Shown: piece after piece, positions 8,475-18,289 of the stretch | How positions within the stretch are numbered: the stretch's first letter is position 1 | Layout of the letters: every line of letters begins with the position of its first letter | Virus record (IMG/VR): IMGVR_UViG_3300011443_000005 | Reading direction: 5' to 3' (one strand) | DNA: 49,419 nt | DNA from: a virus | Position numbers and translations under genes: made by a program | Notes under the pieces: model-generated | The model's database searches: none | What the model saw: the letters and a program-made list of their open reading frames with translations, nothing else | Told to the model about the DNA's origin: nothing

Positions 8475-11449
8475 TAATTCGCTCTCCCACCCTCAATACT
8501 ACCCTGCACAATCAGCCCAAGCAAATCAAAGTCCACATTCGCGGCATAACACTCTACTCCGGGAACAAGCACCGGACGTTGAGTGTCCACACCAGCAAAA
8601 TTCGGGTCATTCCTATCATCATCCAAGCTGCCCTCTGCCCCAGTATCGGAAGAGGAAGCCACAGCTACCTGTTCACCCACAGTTTCAGACCTACCGAATA
8701 ACTGGTAGCGAAGTTTCAAGTTGGGGTTCGCTCCACCACCAGGAACAGTAACGTCACCAGAGAGATTGGCCACTGCCGCACCCATCGCAAAAACTTTCTT
8801 GAGTCTGAGCATATCCAGCAGAGGCGTCTGAGGATCACCATACAACGGCCACATTGTTGCCTGGAGTGTTACTCCCCCAATGGAGAATCGATCTCCGATA
8901 GCAATTGTTGGACTGAAAGCTCCAGTGATTGTAAGTGAACTTGAAGTCTGCGAAGTGACTCGATAAGCATTTCCTTTCGGGTTTCCGTTGGTATCGAAGA
9001 ACCGAAGCAGGTGTCCAACCATATCGGCGTGGGCTGATCCATAAGTTCCAGTTGTCCAGGTAATACTACCGTTGGGTGAATTGGTTACTGTTAGTACCAC
9101 ACCATTAAAAGACTGTCCACTAAGCTGATTAAACGTCATACACTTCCCTGGCCCTCCACGGAAAGCATCCATCTTATAGAGCTTCATAGACGTGCTCTCA
9201 AGAAAGACTGCCCGTTTAAGAGTACCGGGGAAAACATTGCCTGTGGTTAGAGAAATACCTGTGGAGACATCACCAAAAGGAACGTCTACCAGATGTGCCA
9301 TAATGCCGTGATTAAAACCAAGAGCAAGAATTTCCTTCTTAGTTGGGTTCAACCAAACCGCAGCACCCATTGTGGCATCATAAGCCGAACGAACAAGATT
9401 CAAGTCTCCTGCCCACCGACCAGACTCGTTGAAGAATTTAGCTGTTGAGTTAATAACCTGAACTGTTCCTGATGTCAAATCACAAACCAAAATACCAACA
9501 GGAGAAACAAGGAAGAGGTTAGTGCCGATAGCAAGAGTACCAAACCTACCAGCCGCACCATGCTGATTATGAATCGTATCCACCGCCAAATTGGAGCCAG
9601 AACGATGAAGACGAAGAATGGAGTTATTCAACACTACGGCAAGGAATGGATCAGCACGAATTAGAGATACAACGGAGTCATTAAGCTCCGGTAGTCTTCT
9701 TCGGTTAATTCCTGGAATAAGACCCTTACGAGGACGATCAACAAAATCCCAACGAACCACATCATGGTCCGAAGCATTCTCCGCATTCGAGGGTGCGGTA
9801 ACACGAACAAGCAAACCTTCATATTCCTGAATCAGTTTGGTACGAGGAGAGCCTTTGGAAAGAATAGCAAATTCTTCCGGTTCAACTTCAGGTAGAAGAG
9901 TAAGAGCGGAATCGGGGTAGCCTGTGGGGGTGTCAACAACGTTAGCATGTTGGGGGCTAGTACCAGAACCGGAGTACATCCCAATAACCAAACTATTGTA
10001 CCCCCAAAATATATTCACAGAATGACTGCTTGTGTCCACACCACCGGGATTGGCGAAAGCAGTAAAGAAAAGACCTTTGGTCTTGGCTTCCGCACCAGCC
10101 CTGGAAACACTCCAAGAAAGACGCCTAGCGGAACCTGAAAAGTCTCTTGGAATGGGCAAGTCCCAGGTGATATTTCGATTGCCTATATTCACGGCCGTAA
10201 TGCGACGCTTATAAACCAAACCCGTAAGCTGATCCCGGAAGCTCTCAGTCCCCGTACCACTCGGCCCCATGAGAAGATAAATAGTGTCCCCAACAGAAAC
10301 ATCAGCAATTCTAGCACCGTCACCAGTGAAAACAGCATTGCCATCAACAGTACCAACAGCCATATTGCCCGTACTAAGTGTTGTCCAAGGAGAAGAACCA
10401 TCCGCGAATGTAGGAGTCCTGCCCTGAATTGGATAATCTGTTGGAGCAGTTCCAAGAGAGACATAACTTACTCTCGGTATCTCATACTCCGCTTCAAAGT
10501 GCAGAATACCACGAGCATCCTGAGACGCAAAGAAAGCTTCCGTAGTTCTAAAAGTTTGAATAATAGCACGAGTAAAGACATTGGCATCGCCAAGAAAAGT
10601 ATCCTTATAATCCCCTGTGCCCATTGGAAAAGCAAGAACTGGAGTACCAGAGTTTCCACCAACAATGTAAGCACCAGAGGAAGTCTCAACACCAGTTGGA
10701 GCAAGAAACTTTACTCCAACATTTTCAACTGGACGAGTGATAGGACCAAAGTATCCCTGGTCGGGGAAGACCCAACGATAGCAAAGGCCGTAAATTTTAG
10801 AAGCACCAAGAAAGTGATTAACATTATCCGTTGCTGCTGTACCAATAAAAGAATTAAGACCAATAGGACGATTGGTCAAGTTGGGAATCGGATTCCATCT
10901 AGCTGTCTGCCAATCATCCGTAGTACCACAAAAACGAGCTAACCTTTCTACCTTGGTTTGTGTGGAATCTGTACCGTCCGTCTCACCTACGATAAGAAGA
11001 AGCTGATGGTCAGTAGCAACATCGACATACCGAAAACCTTCAGTACCAGAAAGTTCATACAAGACAGCAGAAGAAAGAGCAGCACCCTCTAAACTATAAA
11101 CAACAAAAAGAGCATCATGGCTACCACCACTATTACGCATACCAAGAAATACAACACCACGAATAACACTACTCGTGTACGGACCAGCAAGAACGGAGAA
11201 GTGCCTGAAGAAGCTTAGACCATTCTTACCGCCTATAGTATAGGCCGCACCACCTATAGTAGATGGTAGGGAGTCAGTACTGACAAAACCGGGAAACCGT
11301 CGAAGCTTACCAATGTCACGCCAGTCAATACCAGAAAGGCGGGAAAACTGCCCTGGTGGCAATGCACGAAAGTCAGTCTGGACATTGAGTTCAGGCTCGC
11401 CAAAGGTATATTCCCACGGTGCAGAATGATATGTTTGGTGCTCAAACAC
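8474..11449 (-). CDS. Large tail protein (991 aa), nozzle / tail-tubular-B-like by size and position
   Basis: Longest gene after the capsid block. Beta-rich Gly/Thr/Ser composition. The assignment uses podovirus gene order only. Confidence 0.5.
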   Translation of the reverse strand: MFEHQTYHSAPWEYTFGEPELNVQTDFRALPPGQFSRLSGIDWRDIGKLRRFPGFVSTDSLPSTIGGAAYTIGGKNGLSFFRHFSVLAGPYTSSVIRGVVFLGMRNSGGSHDALFVVYSLEGAALSSAVLYELSGTEGFRYVDVATDHQLLLIVGETDGTDSTQTKVERLARFCGTTDDWQTARWNPIPNLTNRPIGLNSFIGTAATDNVNHFLGASKIYGLCYRWVFPDQGYFGPITRPVENVGVKFLAPTGVETSSGAYIVGGNSGTPVLAFPMGTGDYKDTFLGDANVFTRAIIQTFRTTEAFFASQDARGILHFEAEYEIPRVSYVSLGTAPTDYPIQGRTPTFADGSSPWTTLSTGNMAVGTVDGNAVFTGDGARIADVSVGDTIYLLMGPSGTGTESFRDQLTGLVYKRRITAVNIGNRNITWDLPIPRDFSGSARRLSWSVSRAGAEAKTKGLFFTAFANPGGVDTSSHSVNIFWGYNSLVIGMYSGSGTSPQHANVVDTPTGYPDSALTLLPEVEPEEFAILSKGSPRTKLIQEYEGLLVRVTAPSNAENASDHDVVRWDFVDRPRKGLIPGINRRRLPELNDSVVSLIRADPFLAVVLNNSILRLHRSGSNLAVDTIHNQHGAAGRFGTLAIGTNLFLVSPVGILVCDLTSGTVQVINSTAKFFNESGRWAGDLNLVRSAYDATMGAAVWLNPTKKEILALGFNHGIMAHLVDVPFGDVSTGISLTTGNVFPGTLKRAVFLESTSMKLYKMDAFRGGPGKCMTFNQLSGQSFNGVVLTVTNSPNGSITWTTGTYGSAHADMVGHLLRFFDTNGNPKGNAYRVTSQTSSSLTITGAFSPTIAIGDRFSIGGVTLQATMWPLYGDPQTPLLDMLRLKKVFAMGAAVANLSGDVTVPGGGANPNLKLRYQLFGRSETVGEQVAVASSSDTGAEGSLDDDRNDPNFAGVDTQRPVLVPGVECYAANVDFDLLGLIVQGSIEGGRAN

Positions 11450-11712
11450 TAATTGCCATCCAAATCATCTGCGGGAAAACTTGGTTGTTTAAGAAACTTC
11501 TTTTTCTCTTCCGCTAAAAAAAGCTGCATCAAACCCACTCTTGTTGCAAGAAGACCAGAACCTCTATGTATTACTTTCCCGTCACGGGTACTAAAAACTA
11601 TTACACTTGCTTCATGCCTCCGAAAAAGCTCCTCAACAAGTTCGTTGGTTGTCAAGCTCTCAAGTAAAGAAAGCTCAAAAGGTGAACCATTGTCTGGAAG
11701 TTCGGGAGTCAT
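11449..11712 (-). CDS. Hypothetical protein (87 aa)
   Basis: ATG 11712 overlaps the upstream stop (ATGA). Its own stop abuts the start of the 991-aa gene. Confidence 0.55.
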   Translation of the reverse strand: MTPELPDNGSPFELSLLESLTTNELVEELFRRHEASVIVFSTRDGKVIHRGSGLLATRVGLMQLFLAEEKKKFLKQPSFPADDLDGN

Positions 11713-11933
11713 AGCCTGCTCACCCCCCGCCCATCGGGCAAAAGGTACGTACCCTGGCTGGTCGCCCCGCCAAGGAAGGGCCGTAGAGACTGGCTAGGAG
11801 CTTCGCCAAGCTCTTTTGGGCGACCAAAGCTCTTCAACCCCATAGATTGCTTCCTGCCAAGAAAGGGCAGGCTTAGAACGGGGTTGTTCGCATGGAACCG
11901 ATCAGATGATTTCTGCGGAGGAAAAATCAGCAT
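11709..11933 (-). CDS. Doubtful small basic Pro/Gly/Ser-rich ORF (74 aa from ATG 11933)
   Basis: ATG lies 5 nt after the upstream stop and the ORF ends in an ATGA overlap with the next gene, which fits a coupled gene. Composition is odd and the DNA is GC-rich and hairpin-rich (see findings). Confidence 0.3.
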   Translation of the reverse strand: MLIFPPQKSSDRFHANNPVLSLPFLGRKQSMGLKSFGRPKELGEAPSQSLRPFLGGATSQGTYLLPDGRGVSRL

Positions 11934-11937
11934 AACT

Positions 11938-12834
11938 TTAATACCTCTTACCGAGCAAGTATCGTCCTCTGGTATGCCGAGGAAGAACATTGCCCTTTCG
12001 ACCATCCGCCTGAGACAGATCAAGTCTCAAAGCCCGCAAGGACTCCTGATACTCTGTCTGAAGAGTCTTCATCTTTGTTGCATCACCAATAACTGCGGCT
12101 ATCTGTCTTGCAATTCTAAAAGCCAACAGGTCTTGGAAACGGTACTGGTGGAGAGGAACAAGCTCAAACTTACTTGTTCCACCGGTTGGAGTAGTTCCGA
12201 AATTCGGAGAGACTGTTAACAGACCAGTTGTAGCATTATAAGCAGTAACTAGCCTTACCTCTGCCACAGTCATATTCAAACTTTGAAGCGTCCACCCCAC
12301 ATAAGCGTGTGGTCGAACATCCAGAGTACCAGCAATCATTGTTGTTGCTGTAACTGTTGAAGACGTTGCTGCCGGACTCGACTGACAGGTAAACTCTACA
12401 ACCTCACCATCGAAAGCGGGTACGTAGGTGATACGCATGGTTTCACCCACCGCCCACACCGGAGACAAACGAAGAACCGGACCCTCTATGGTAAACCGAG
12501 CATCAAAGGGGGAAAGAGGATGATTAGGTACCACCTCCCACTCTGGGCGAAGAGTAGTAGTGTTTACCTTTTCAAACAGGAGAAACTTACCAATGGGGGG
12601 AAGAGCATAAAATTCCTGCTCAGCTACCACAGTGATACTTACACGAGCACGCGGGCGGAAGATGTTGTACCTGTCAAGCTCACCCATCGTCTCCACAATC
12701 GCACGACGAAGATAATCAGAAAGGTTAGCGTCAGTGAAGCGTGTAGAATATGCGGGTTCGTGGATATACTTACGCACTTTGCCGGATGTGCCTAGCAGGG
12801 AACCAAGAAAGCCGATAGAGTCAGCAAGTGCCAT
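11938..12834 (-). CDS. Virion protein (298 aa), head-tail adaptor / tail-tubular-A-like by position
   Basis: Precedes the 991-aa gene in the same operon. No motif recognised. Confidence 0.45.
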   Translation of the reverse strand: MALADSIGFLGSLLGTSGKVRKYIHEPAYSTRFTDANLSDYLRRAIVETMGELDRYNIFRPRARVSITVVAEQEFYALPPIGKFLLFEKVNTTTLRPEWEVVPNHPLSPFDARFTIEGPVLRLSPVWAVGETMRITYVPAFDGEVVEFTCQSSPAATSSTVTATTMIAGTLDVRPHAYVGWTLQSLNMTVAEVRLVTAYNATTGLLTVSPNFGTTPTGGTSKFELVPLHQYRFQDLLAFRIARQIAAVIGDATKMKTLQTEYQESLRALRLDLSQADGRKGNVLPRHTRGRYLLGKRY

Positions 12835-12835
12835 G

Positions 12836-13150
12836 TTATTTCTTATCTTGGAGTAGGTCTACCTTAACACTAAGAGTGCTAGTCTCAATTGCCATCATAT
12901 TAACAGACTGGGCCATCGTTCTTACTTCTCTAGACAACTCTTCTTGGGTTTTAATAAGAGCACCCAATGATTGTTGGATAGTTCCACGGTCAGCAATATA
13001 CGGGTTAACAGTTTGGATCAATTCAACAACTTCTGCTCTAGTGGTTACATACCGACCCATCGCAAACCAATAAACCGCCCCAGAAGCCATAATGGAGACG
13101 AGAGAGGTTATTACAAGTTTCAGTATTTCGAAACTCTGATCTCGGCTCAT
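12836..13150 (-). CDS. Membrane-anchored coiled-coil protein (104 aa from ATG 13150)
   Basis: Strong SD (GGGGGAAAGAG) lies before ATG 13150. One TM helix (ILKLVITSLVSIMASGAVYWFAM) is followed by a heptad-like helix. The track ORF starts at TTG 13201. Confidence 0.55.
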   Translation of the reverse strand: MSRDQSFEILKLVITSLVSIMASGAVYWFAMGRYVTTRAEVVELIQTVNPYIADRGTIQQSLGALIKTQEELSREVRTMAQSVNMMAIETSTLSVKVDLLQDKK

Positions 13151-13215
13151 CTCTTTCCCCCTAAAAAAATTAGGTGACGAAGAAGACAAACTGTTAGCCA
13201 ATTTCTACCCCCAAA

Positions 13216-13668
13216 CTAATAACCACTCACCGCTAACCGCATACCTGGAAGCTTATCCAAAATTCGTTCAGCTTTGACAGCCCCTTTACGTTTTTTCACC
13301 CAGCTATATCCTGCTCGCAAAACGTCGTCATCCATACGACGAGTTTCCTCACCCTGAAGAAGTTCCCGTTGACGCTGTTGTTTCAACCTCTTCCGAATTT
13401 CAGCTTTGGCGAGTAGGCTTTTCAAAGTGCAGACAATAGAAACCAGATTCGCATGGGTTGACCACGAACCTTCTCCTCGTCCCGTACCAAGTTGACCAAT
13501 GTCCAGCAACCGATTGTCCCCCCGAAGAGAAACCACCCAAGTCTTAAACACCCGATGGTAATAGGTGATTAGTTCTTTTCGTTTGGTTACTCGTCTAAGC
13601 CACTCTCCCGCACCCGTAAGACGGATAGAATGAACGGCAGGATCATAGTTATATGAAACTTGAATCAT
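13216..13668 (-). CDS. Hypothetical protein (150 aa from ATG 13668)
   Basis: ORF directly downstream of the capsid gene. The track start (13677) is a TTG; the ATG is 3 codons in. Confidence 0.55.
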   Translation of the reverse strand: MIQVSYNYDPAVHSIRLTGAGEWLRRVTKRKELITYYHRVFKTWVVSLRGDNRLLDIGQLGTGRGEGSWSTHANLVSIVCTLKSLLAKAEIRKRLKQQRQRELLQGEETRRMDDDVLRAGYSWVKKRKGAVKAERILDKLPGMRLAVSGY

Positions 13669-13689
13669 GGAAAACAAACTCGCCAGGGT

Positions 13690-13727
13690 GAGGCATGTGG
13701 CACGGAATCAATTGCACCACACGCCTC
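13690..13727 (-). terminator. Strand-specific 14-bp stem-loop after the capsid gene (possible terminator or mRNA stabiliser)
   Basis: Arms gaggcatgtggcac / gcaccacacgcctc. The three non-Watson-Crick positions are G-U on the minus transcript but A-C on the plus. The U-rich tract (GUUUGUUUU) starts about 11 nt after the stem. Confidence 0.4.
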
Positions 13728-13746
13728 AACCCCCGGCAGACAGAGC

Positions 13747-15237
13747 CTACAAGCTTTCAGAAAGACTCGTCAACTTAATACCCGGCATGAACTTGGGCAG
13801 GAAGGCACAATACACCTGTCCAGGAGCCTCCAGGTAATTCGTAGTACGACCGTTGGTGCTCTTGTAAGGGTTGAAAATGCCCATCGGACCAATACCCGCG
13901 AACAGGAACTCAACCTCATCACCAAACTCAGTCAACTGCTTGGACCAAGAAAGCTTGGGAGCAACATATCGCATAATGTTGTCCTCCCGAAGCTTCAATG
14001 CCCACAACTCGCCGCCAGTCTGGGAAGCATCATCCATTTCACTATCGGAAGGCATGAAGGGAGAAGTCTTCCACTTCATGGTCATCCCGTTATAGCGGAA
14101 TGGGGAATCTCCCATTTCATAACCAGCAGCAATAATGAAAGGTTTATCAGTACGGTCAAATCGTCCAAGACCGTCACTGTTCTCAACATACACGTTAGTA
14201 ACGCCATCAGACGTAACAATGGTATCCGGCATGTTTTCCATACCGTATGCCTTCTTCATACGCCCGAAGTATTGGTTAAAAACAGCCTCAGTCACTGGAC
14301 CGGAAACAGCAGCAACGATCGATTGCAACTGCTGATAAGTTGCCAAGTTGATACCAAAAACGGTACCAGAAGTGGCCATCCACTGAGCAGGTCCGATGGG
14401 ACCAATACCCGAAGCGCTGGCAGCAGAGAGAGTACCCACGGCAACAAGCTTATCCGTAGCAGCAATACCGCTCAGGTCTTCAGCAGCGGAAGCAACGCTT
14501 TGGAGAGTCACAAGACCATACCCAGCATCACCGGAATCGGGAATGTACCGAACACCATCCACCATGACAGGTCCAGTATTACGTTTGGTCGTGCCTGCGG
14601 AATTCCAGATGTCCACAAACATATTTGTGTGGAAATTACGAACAGAACCACCCTTCACTTCGATAGTTGGGCGATCATTGGTTGCCCGATTAGAGGCATT
14701 GTTTCGAGCACCAACCGTTGCAATCTCCTGCTGAGCAGAACGAGCATAGAGATTGTGGATGTAGCTGAGAGCAATTCGCTTCGCAAAACCACGAATGATA
14801 CTCGCCAGCACATTCGTAATGGTGGCATCCAATTGAACCGCCGTAGCAAATTCAATGGGAATCAGAACGTTGATAGCACCACGAGAAAGAGTGACCGTCT
14901 TTTGGAAATATCCTGGGTTGGCTTGGTCGCCTACCCCCGGCCATTCGCTGACCTGGGAATCCTCCATGTAAACGCCGTGAGCGGAAGTGCCCAAATCCAT
15001 TGGGTTACCACCGCCCACACCAATCCATTTGAAAGAGCCAGCGACACCTTCCTCCATGATGTGGATAACCTGCATCTCTCGACCAATGCCAGATTTTTCC
15101 ACACCAAAGGAAGTGGCTCGGATATCTCGAATCAAAGGGTCCAGACCGGGAAGGGTATCATACGTACCCTTCCCCAAGTCCTGTTGAATAACGTCGTCAA
15201 GTGAGTCGATGAGACTCGTTGGATTGAGTGAACTCAT
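13747..15237 (-). CDS. Major capsid protein (496 aa), by position
   Basis: Follows the portal and an acidic scaffold-like gene. It is bracketed by hairpins. No sequence motif could be verified by eye. Confidence 0.6.
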   Translation of the reverse strand: MSSLNPTSLIDSLDDVIQQDLGKGTYDTLPGLDPLIRDIRATSFGVEKSGIGREMQVIHIMEEGVAGSFKWIGVGGGNPMDLGTSAHGVYMEDSQVSEWPGVGDQANPGYFQKTVTLSRGAINVLIPIEFATAVQLDATITNVLASIIRGFAKRIALSYIHNLYARSAQQEIATVGARNNASNRATNDRPTIEVKGGSVRNFHTNMFVDIWNSAGTTKRNTGPVMVDGVRYIPDSGDAGYGLVTLQSVASAAEDLSGIAATDKLVAVGTLSAASASGIGPIGPAQWMATSGTVFGINLATYQQLQSIVAAVSGPVTEAVFNQYFGRMKKAYGMENMPDTIVTSDGVTNVYVENSDGLGRFDRTDKPFIIAAGYEMGDSPFRYNGMTMKWKTSPFMPSDSEMDDASQTGGELWALKLREDNIMRYVAPKLSWSKQLTEFGDEVEFLFAGIGPMGIFNPYKSTNGRTTNYLEAPGQVYCAFLPKFMPGIKLTSLSESL

Positions 15238-15253
15238 ACCTTCTATTCTCCGG

Positions 15254-15270
15254 GGAGGAGAATCTCCTCC
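15254..15270 (-). promoter_or_regulatory. GGAGGAG-aat-CTCCTCC hairpin in the capsid-gene leader
   Basis: Perfect 7-bp stem, 17-33 nt upstream of the capsid ATG. It sequesters an SD-like GGAGGAG. The working SD appears to be GAAGG at 15240..15244. Confidence 0.4.
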
Positions 15271-15324
15271 ACCACAACAAGAACAACACCGGCTGAGCCG
15301 GGTGCGGAAGCAAACGAATAACCA

Positions 15325-16236
15325 TTAGCGTTTCCCCCTCTTCAAACCCTGTGCAAGTCTTTGCAGCAGATTGTTCGAATAGTTGGAATCACCAATGCCT
15401 ACGGGTTTCACTTCTCGCTTGCGGTGGAGTTGATTGCCAAGCGTGGAATTGGAGCCGACACCCGGTAAGGAGAAATCAGCAACCTCATCAAGATCGTCAG
15501 TCTCACCTTCGGACCCAGCCTTTCTAAGAGAGGCCAACCGTTGTCTTGCAACGGAAAGTCCGGTACTGATTGACTTCGGACCAAACGCCTGTGACTCACT
15601 CGCCTTAGCGACGAACGAATACACGTTTTGCCGAATCCAAGAGGTAGTCCCTTCATCAGCGGTTTCGAGGAGTTTAGACAAAAAGGGATCACTGTCAATA
15701 GCTTGGTCGATCATGCCCTGCATGGAGCGGCGTTTCTCGGTATTCCCCCGCTTCTCCTCATTCTTTGCAAGAAGGTCAAGTCGCTGTTGCACAAGCTCTA
15801 ACTGCTTAGCCAACTTGGCTGTAGCAGCACTAGACTGAACATTCTCGGAACCTTCAGACCCATCCTCAAAATCCTCTGCCTCATCGTCTTGAGTTTGCTG
15901 TGGGGGATTAAACATTGCCTCTACGGACTCCGTTGGAAAACCAGCTTTGACAAAGGCTTGTTTTAGTTTTACTTGATCCTTAGCAGAAACACCCTCTTTA
16001 AGATTCCTACCAATCTCATAGAGTTCTTGTTCCGCTTGTTTAGTAAGTTCAAACTCATTCTTCTGTTTCAAGTTCTCTTGAATAAGCTGATCTACGTACT
16101 CATTCTTTTGAGCTTGAGCAATTGCCTCCTTTAAAGAAACCTCCTTCTCAACACCCTTCACTTTAAGTGTAACAAGCTTATCAAAATCCGCTTCCGTCAA
16201 TTTCACTTTGTTCGGGTCCACCGAGTCGCCTTTCAC
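15325..16236 (-). CDS. Scaffolding protein (303 aa), by position and composition
   Basis: Highly charged Glu/Lys/Gln-rich helical protein between portal and capsid. 4-nt overlap with the portal stop. Confidence 0.55.
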   Translation of the reverse strand: MKGDSVDPNKVKLTEADFDKLVTLKVKGVEKEVSLKEAIAQAQKNEYVDQLIQENLKQKNEFELTKQAEQELYEIGRNLKEGVSAKDQVKLKQAFVKAGFPTESVEAMFNPPQQTQDDEAEDFEDGSEGSENVQSSAATAKLAKQLELVQQRLDLLAKNEEKRGNTEKRRSMQGMIDQAIDSDPFLSKLLETADEGTTSWIRQNVYSFVAKASESQAFGPKSISTGLSVARQRLASLRKAGSEGETDDLDEVADFSLPGVGSNSTLGNQLHRKREVKPVGIGDSNYSNNLLQRLAQGLKRGKR

Positions 16237-18287
16237 TGTTGGGGTTGCTGTTGCACACGACCATTACGAGGTGTAGCAATATCTGTTATCTGTGGTGCTT
16301 GTGGAGGAAGACTAATACCAAGTCCACGAGACTTGATAAACATCACACGATTATTAAACGCCGTAATCACTTCCGCCGACGCCAGAGCAAACTCAGGACC
16401 AGAGGTGAAATCCTCAATCGCCAAGAGATGAACTTCCGCCTTATCAATATTAGTAAGAAACGGAGGACCACCACCTTCCACCGGGAACTGTCCAGGAGTC
16501 TGCCCATCGTTGAACAATACCAAGTTTTGGAAGACCGCTTTTACATACTGCTCCCACACGGATCGATTTCCAAGGGGGAAGTTCCAACCCTCCTTATAGT
16601 TGAGGATAATAAACTCAAGTTTGGAGAGAACTTGCATCTGCAAAGCGGCGATAGCTTCCTGCCTACGGCGTTCGAACTCTTGAGGGTCACGAGAGCGAAT
16701 ACCAAGCTCAATAGACCAAGGATCAGGAATGGAAGCAGCATCAAGTATGAGACGACCTGTAGTGGGATCAAGACTAATACCAGCAATGCTGTTCTCAAAC
16801 CGAGTGACATCAATGGTATTGTCCGCAACAGAACCGCTTTCAAATCTCTTTTTGACCCCATAAAGCTGTGCTCGGAAGACAGTTGCATAAGAAGACTCCA
16901 ACTGAAGACCCACAGGATATAAGTGGGTAGCTCCCATGTCCGCAAGGGAAGCAATAAACGTACCAGAATCCCCACGACCTGGAGCTTCCCCAGAATATAA
17001 CGGTCCCTGAGCAGTCATGCGATCAAGAAGACTTACCCCAAACTGCATAAGTCGAGCAGGTAAATCATTGGCTGTCGGTGGCTGAATATTTTCAATGCGG
17101 GAGTTTGCACCGGACAAGTCAGGCTCGTAAGTAATCACCTTGGGATAACCCGTAGGTGTCAAGTCTTGAACGTTGAACCCCATATTGGTTGGCAGGGCGA
17201 TGAACCATAAACGGTCCATATCCGCACTATGCTCAATCAACCGCTCTAACAAACGCTCAAGTTCGAGAGCAAAGGGCAGAATCTTGTGCATCAACCCACG
17301 GCCATAGAAATGCCCGGTATCCTGGTAACGAGTAATGCCGATGGGGAAGGGAACCTTTACGCCATCTTTCCAATACTTCTTGTCCGAGACGATTGCTCGA
17401 CCGGCACGAACAATATAGCGGTGAACAGCCTGACCGGCAGGAGTACCAACAAGACTATAGAATTCCCGCAGCTTAACGCATTTTACAGAGACGTTAGAGA
17501 TGTCTTGCTTTTTCCGGTTCCGGTTGAGAGTGCTGGTTCGCTCCTTATCATAAAGGTCACCAATACCGCCACCTGTCATGCCATGTTCAGCAAGATTGTT
17601 GGGGTAGAGGGAGGAGAGTGTAGTTCCATAAGAAACTTCTACTATTTCCAACTCCTCATCCGTAACATCTTTTAGGCTGACACCTTCCATCTTACGAACA
17701 TCGGAGAGGGGCATCAAACGAGTACGAATAATCCCCCGCAAATCTGTAGGGTTGGAAGTCTCAGCGGGAATAGGAAGCAGTTCCCAAGGGGGAATCAATT
17801 CCCGCATATGTGCGGTAGGGTTGTCCTCATGCATATCCACCCAAGAAGCATGAGCGTATGTACCATACATACACACACCCGTAATAAGTTGAGTTTTTAG
17901 AATCTCCTCCTGTTCGGGAGAATTCATGTGGGAAAGCAGAGCTTGGGACAGGGAACTATTACGCATGGACTCAAGACTGAATCTCCGCTTACGAGCAACA
18001 GGAGAAACATCAAGCTTTGACAGTCTGCCAATCTCGGTATGAAGACGAGTCATCGGCTCGTCCCAACGTAAATGGAGACGACCGTCTTCGTCCTCATAGC
18101 TGATCTCCACCTTCCCCCGCTCCATATCAGTTACATTGAAGTAACGACAGCCCTGGGAATAAGCAGAGATAATAGACCAGCCGACGTATTCAATGTTACG
18201 TCGAGTGAGAGCGGGAGAAATAAGAATGTCGAGAGCTTCAATTAGCTCTTTTTCATTCGTACCATCAGGAAGATCAATTGCATACAT
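16233..18287 (-). CDS. Portal protein (684 aa), by size and position
   Basis: Large ORF immediately downstream of TerL (one small gene between) and upstream of scaffold and capsid. Confidence 0.6.
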   Translation of the reverse strand: MYAIDLPDGTNEKELIEALDILISPALTRRNIEYVGWSIISAYSQGCRYFNVTDMERGKVEISYEDEDGRLHLRWDEPMTRLHTEIGRLSKLDVSPVARKRRFSLESMRNSSLSQALLSHMNSPEQEEILKTQLITGVCMYGTYAHASWVDMHEDNPTAHMRELIPPWELLPIPAETSNPTDLRGIIRTRLMPLSDVRKMEGVSLKDVTDEELEIVEVSYGTTLSSLYPNNLAEHGMTGGGIGDLYDKERTSTLNRNRKKQDISNVSVKCVKLREFYSLVGTPAGQAVHRYIVRAGRAIVSDKKYWKDGVKVPFPIGITRYQDTGHFYGRGLMHKILPFALELERLLERLIEHSADMDRLWFIALPTNMGFNVQDLTPTGYPKVITYEPDLSGANSRIENIQPPTANDLPARLMQFGVSLLDRMTAQGPLYSGEAPGRGDSGTFIASLADMGATHLYPVGLQLESSYATVFRAQLYGVKKRFESGSVADNTIDVTRFENSIAGISLDPTTGRLILDAASIPDPWSIELGIRSRDPQEFERRRQEAIAALQMQVLSKLEFIILNYKEGWNFPLGNRSVWEQYVKAVFQNLVLFNDGQTPGQFPVEGGGPPFLTNIDKAEVHLLAIEDFTSGPEFALASAEVITAFNNRVMFIKSRGLGISLPPQAPQITDIATPRNGRVQQQPQQ

Positions 18288-18289
18288 AC

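Noticed and set aside
10189-10704. Leu-rich minus-strand ORFs (91 and 78 aa) inside the 991-aa gene
   Set aside because: They are alternative-frame shadows with extreme Leu content, entirely nested in a much longer ORF.
13660-15204. 514-aa plus-strand ORF covering the capsid gene region
   Set aside because: It is the antisense shadow of the 496-aa minus-strand gene. Its composition is Arg/Ser/Asn/His/Thr-rich and unnatural, it has no SD, and it breaks the uniform minus-strand operon.
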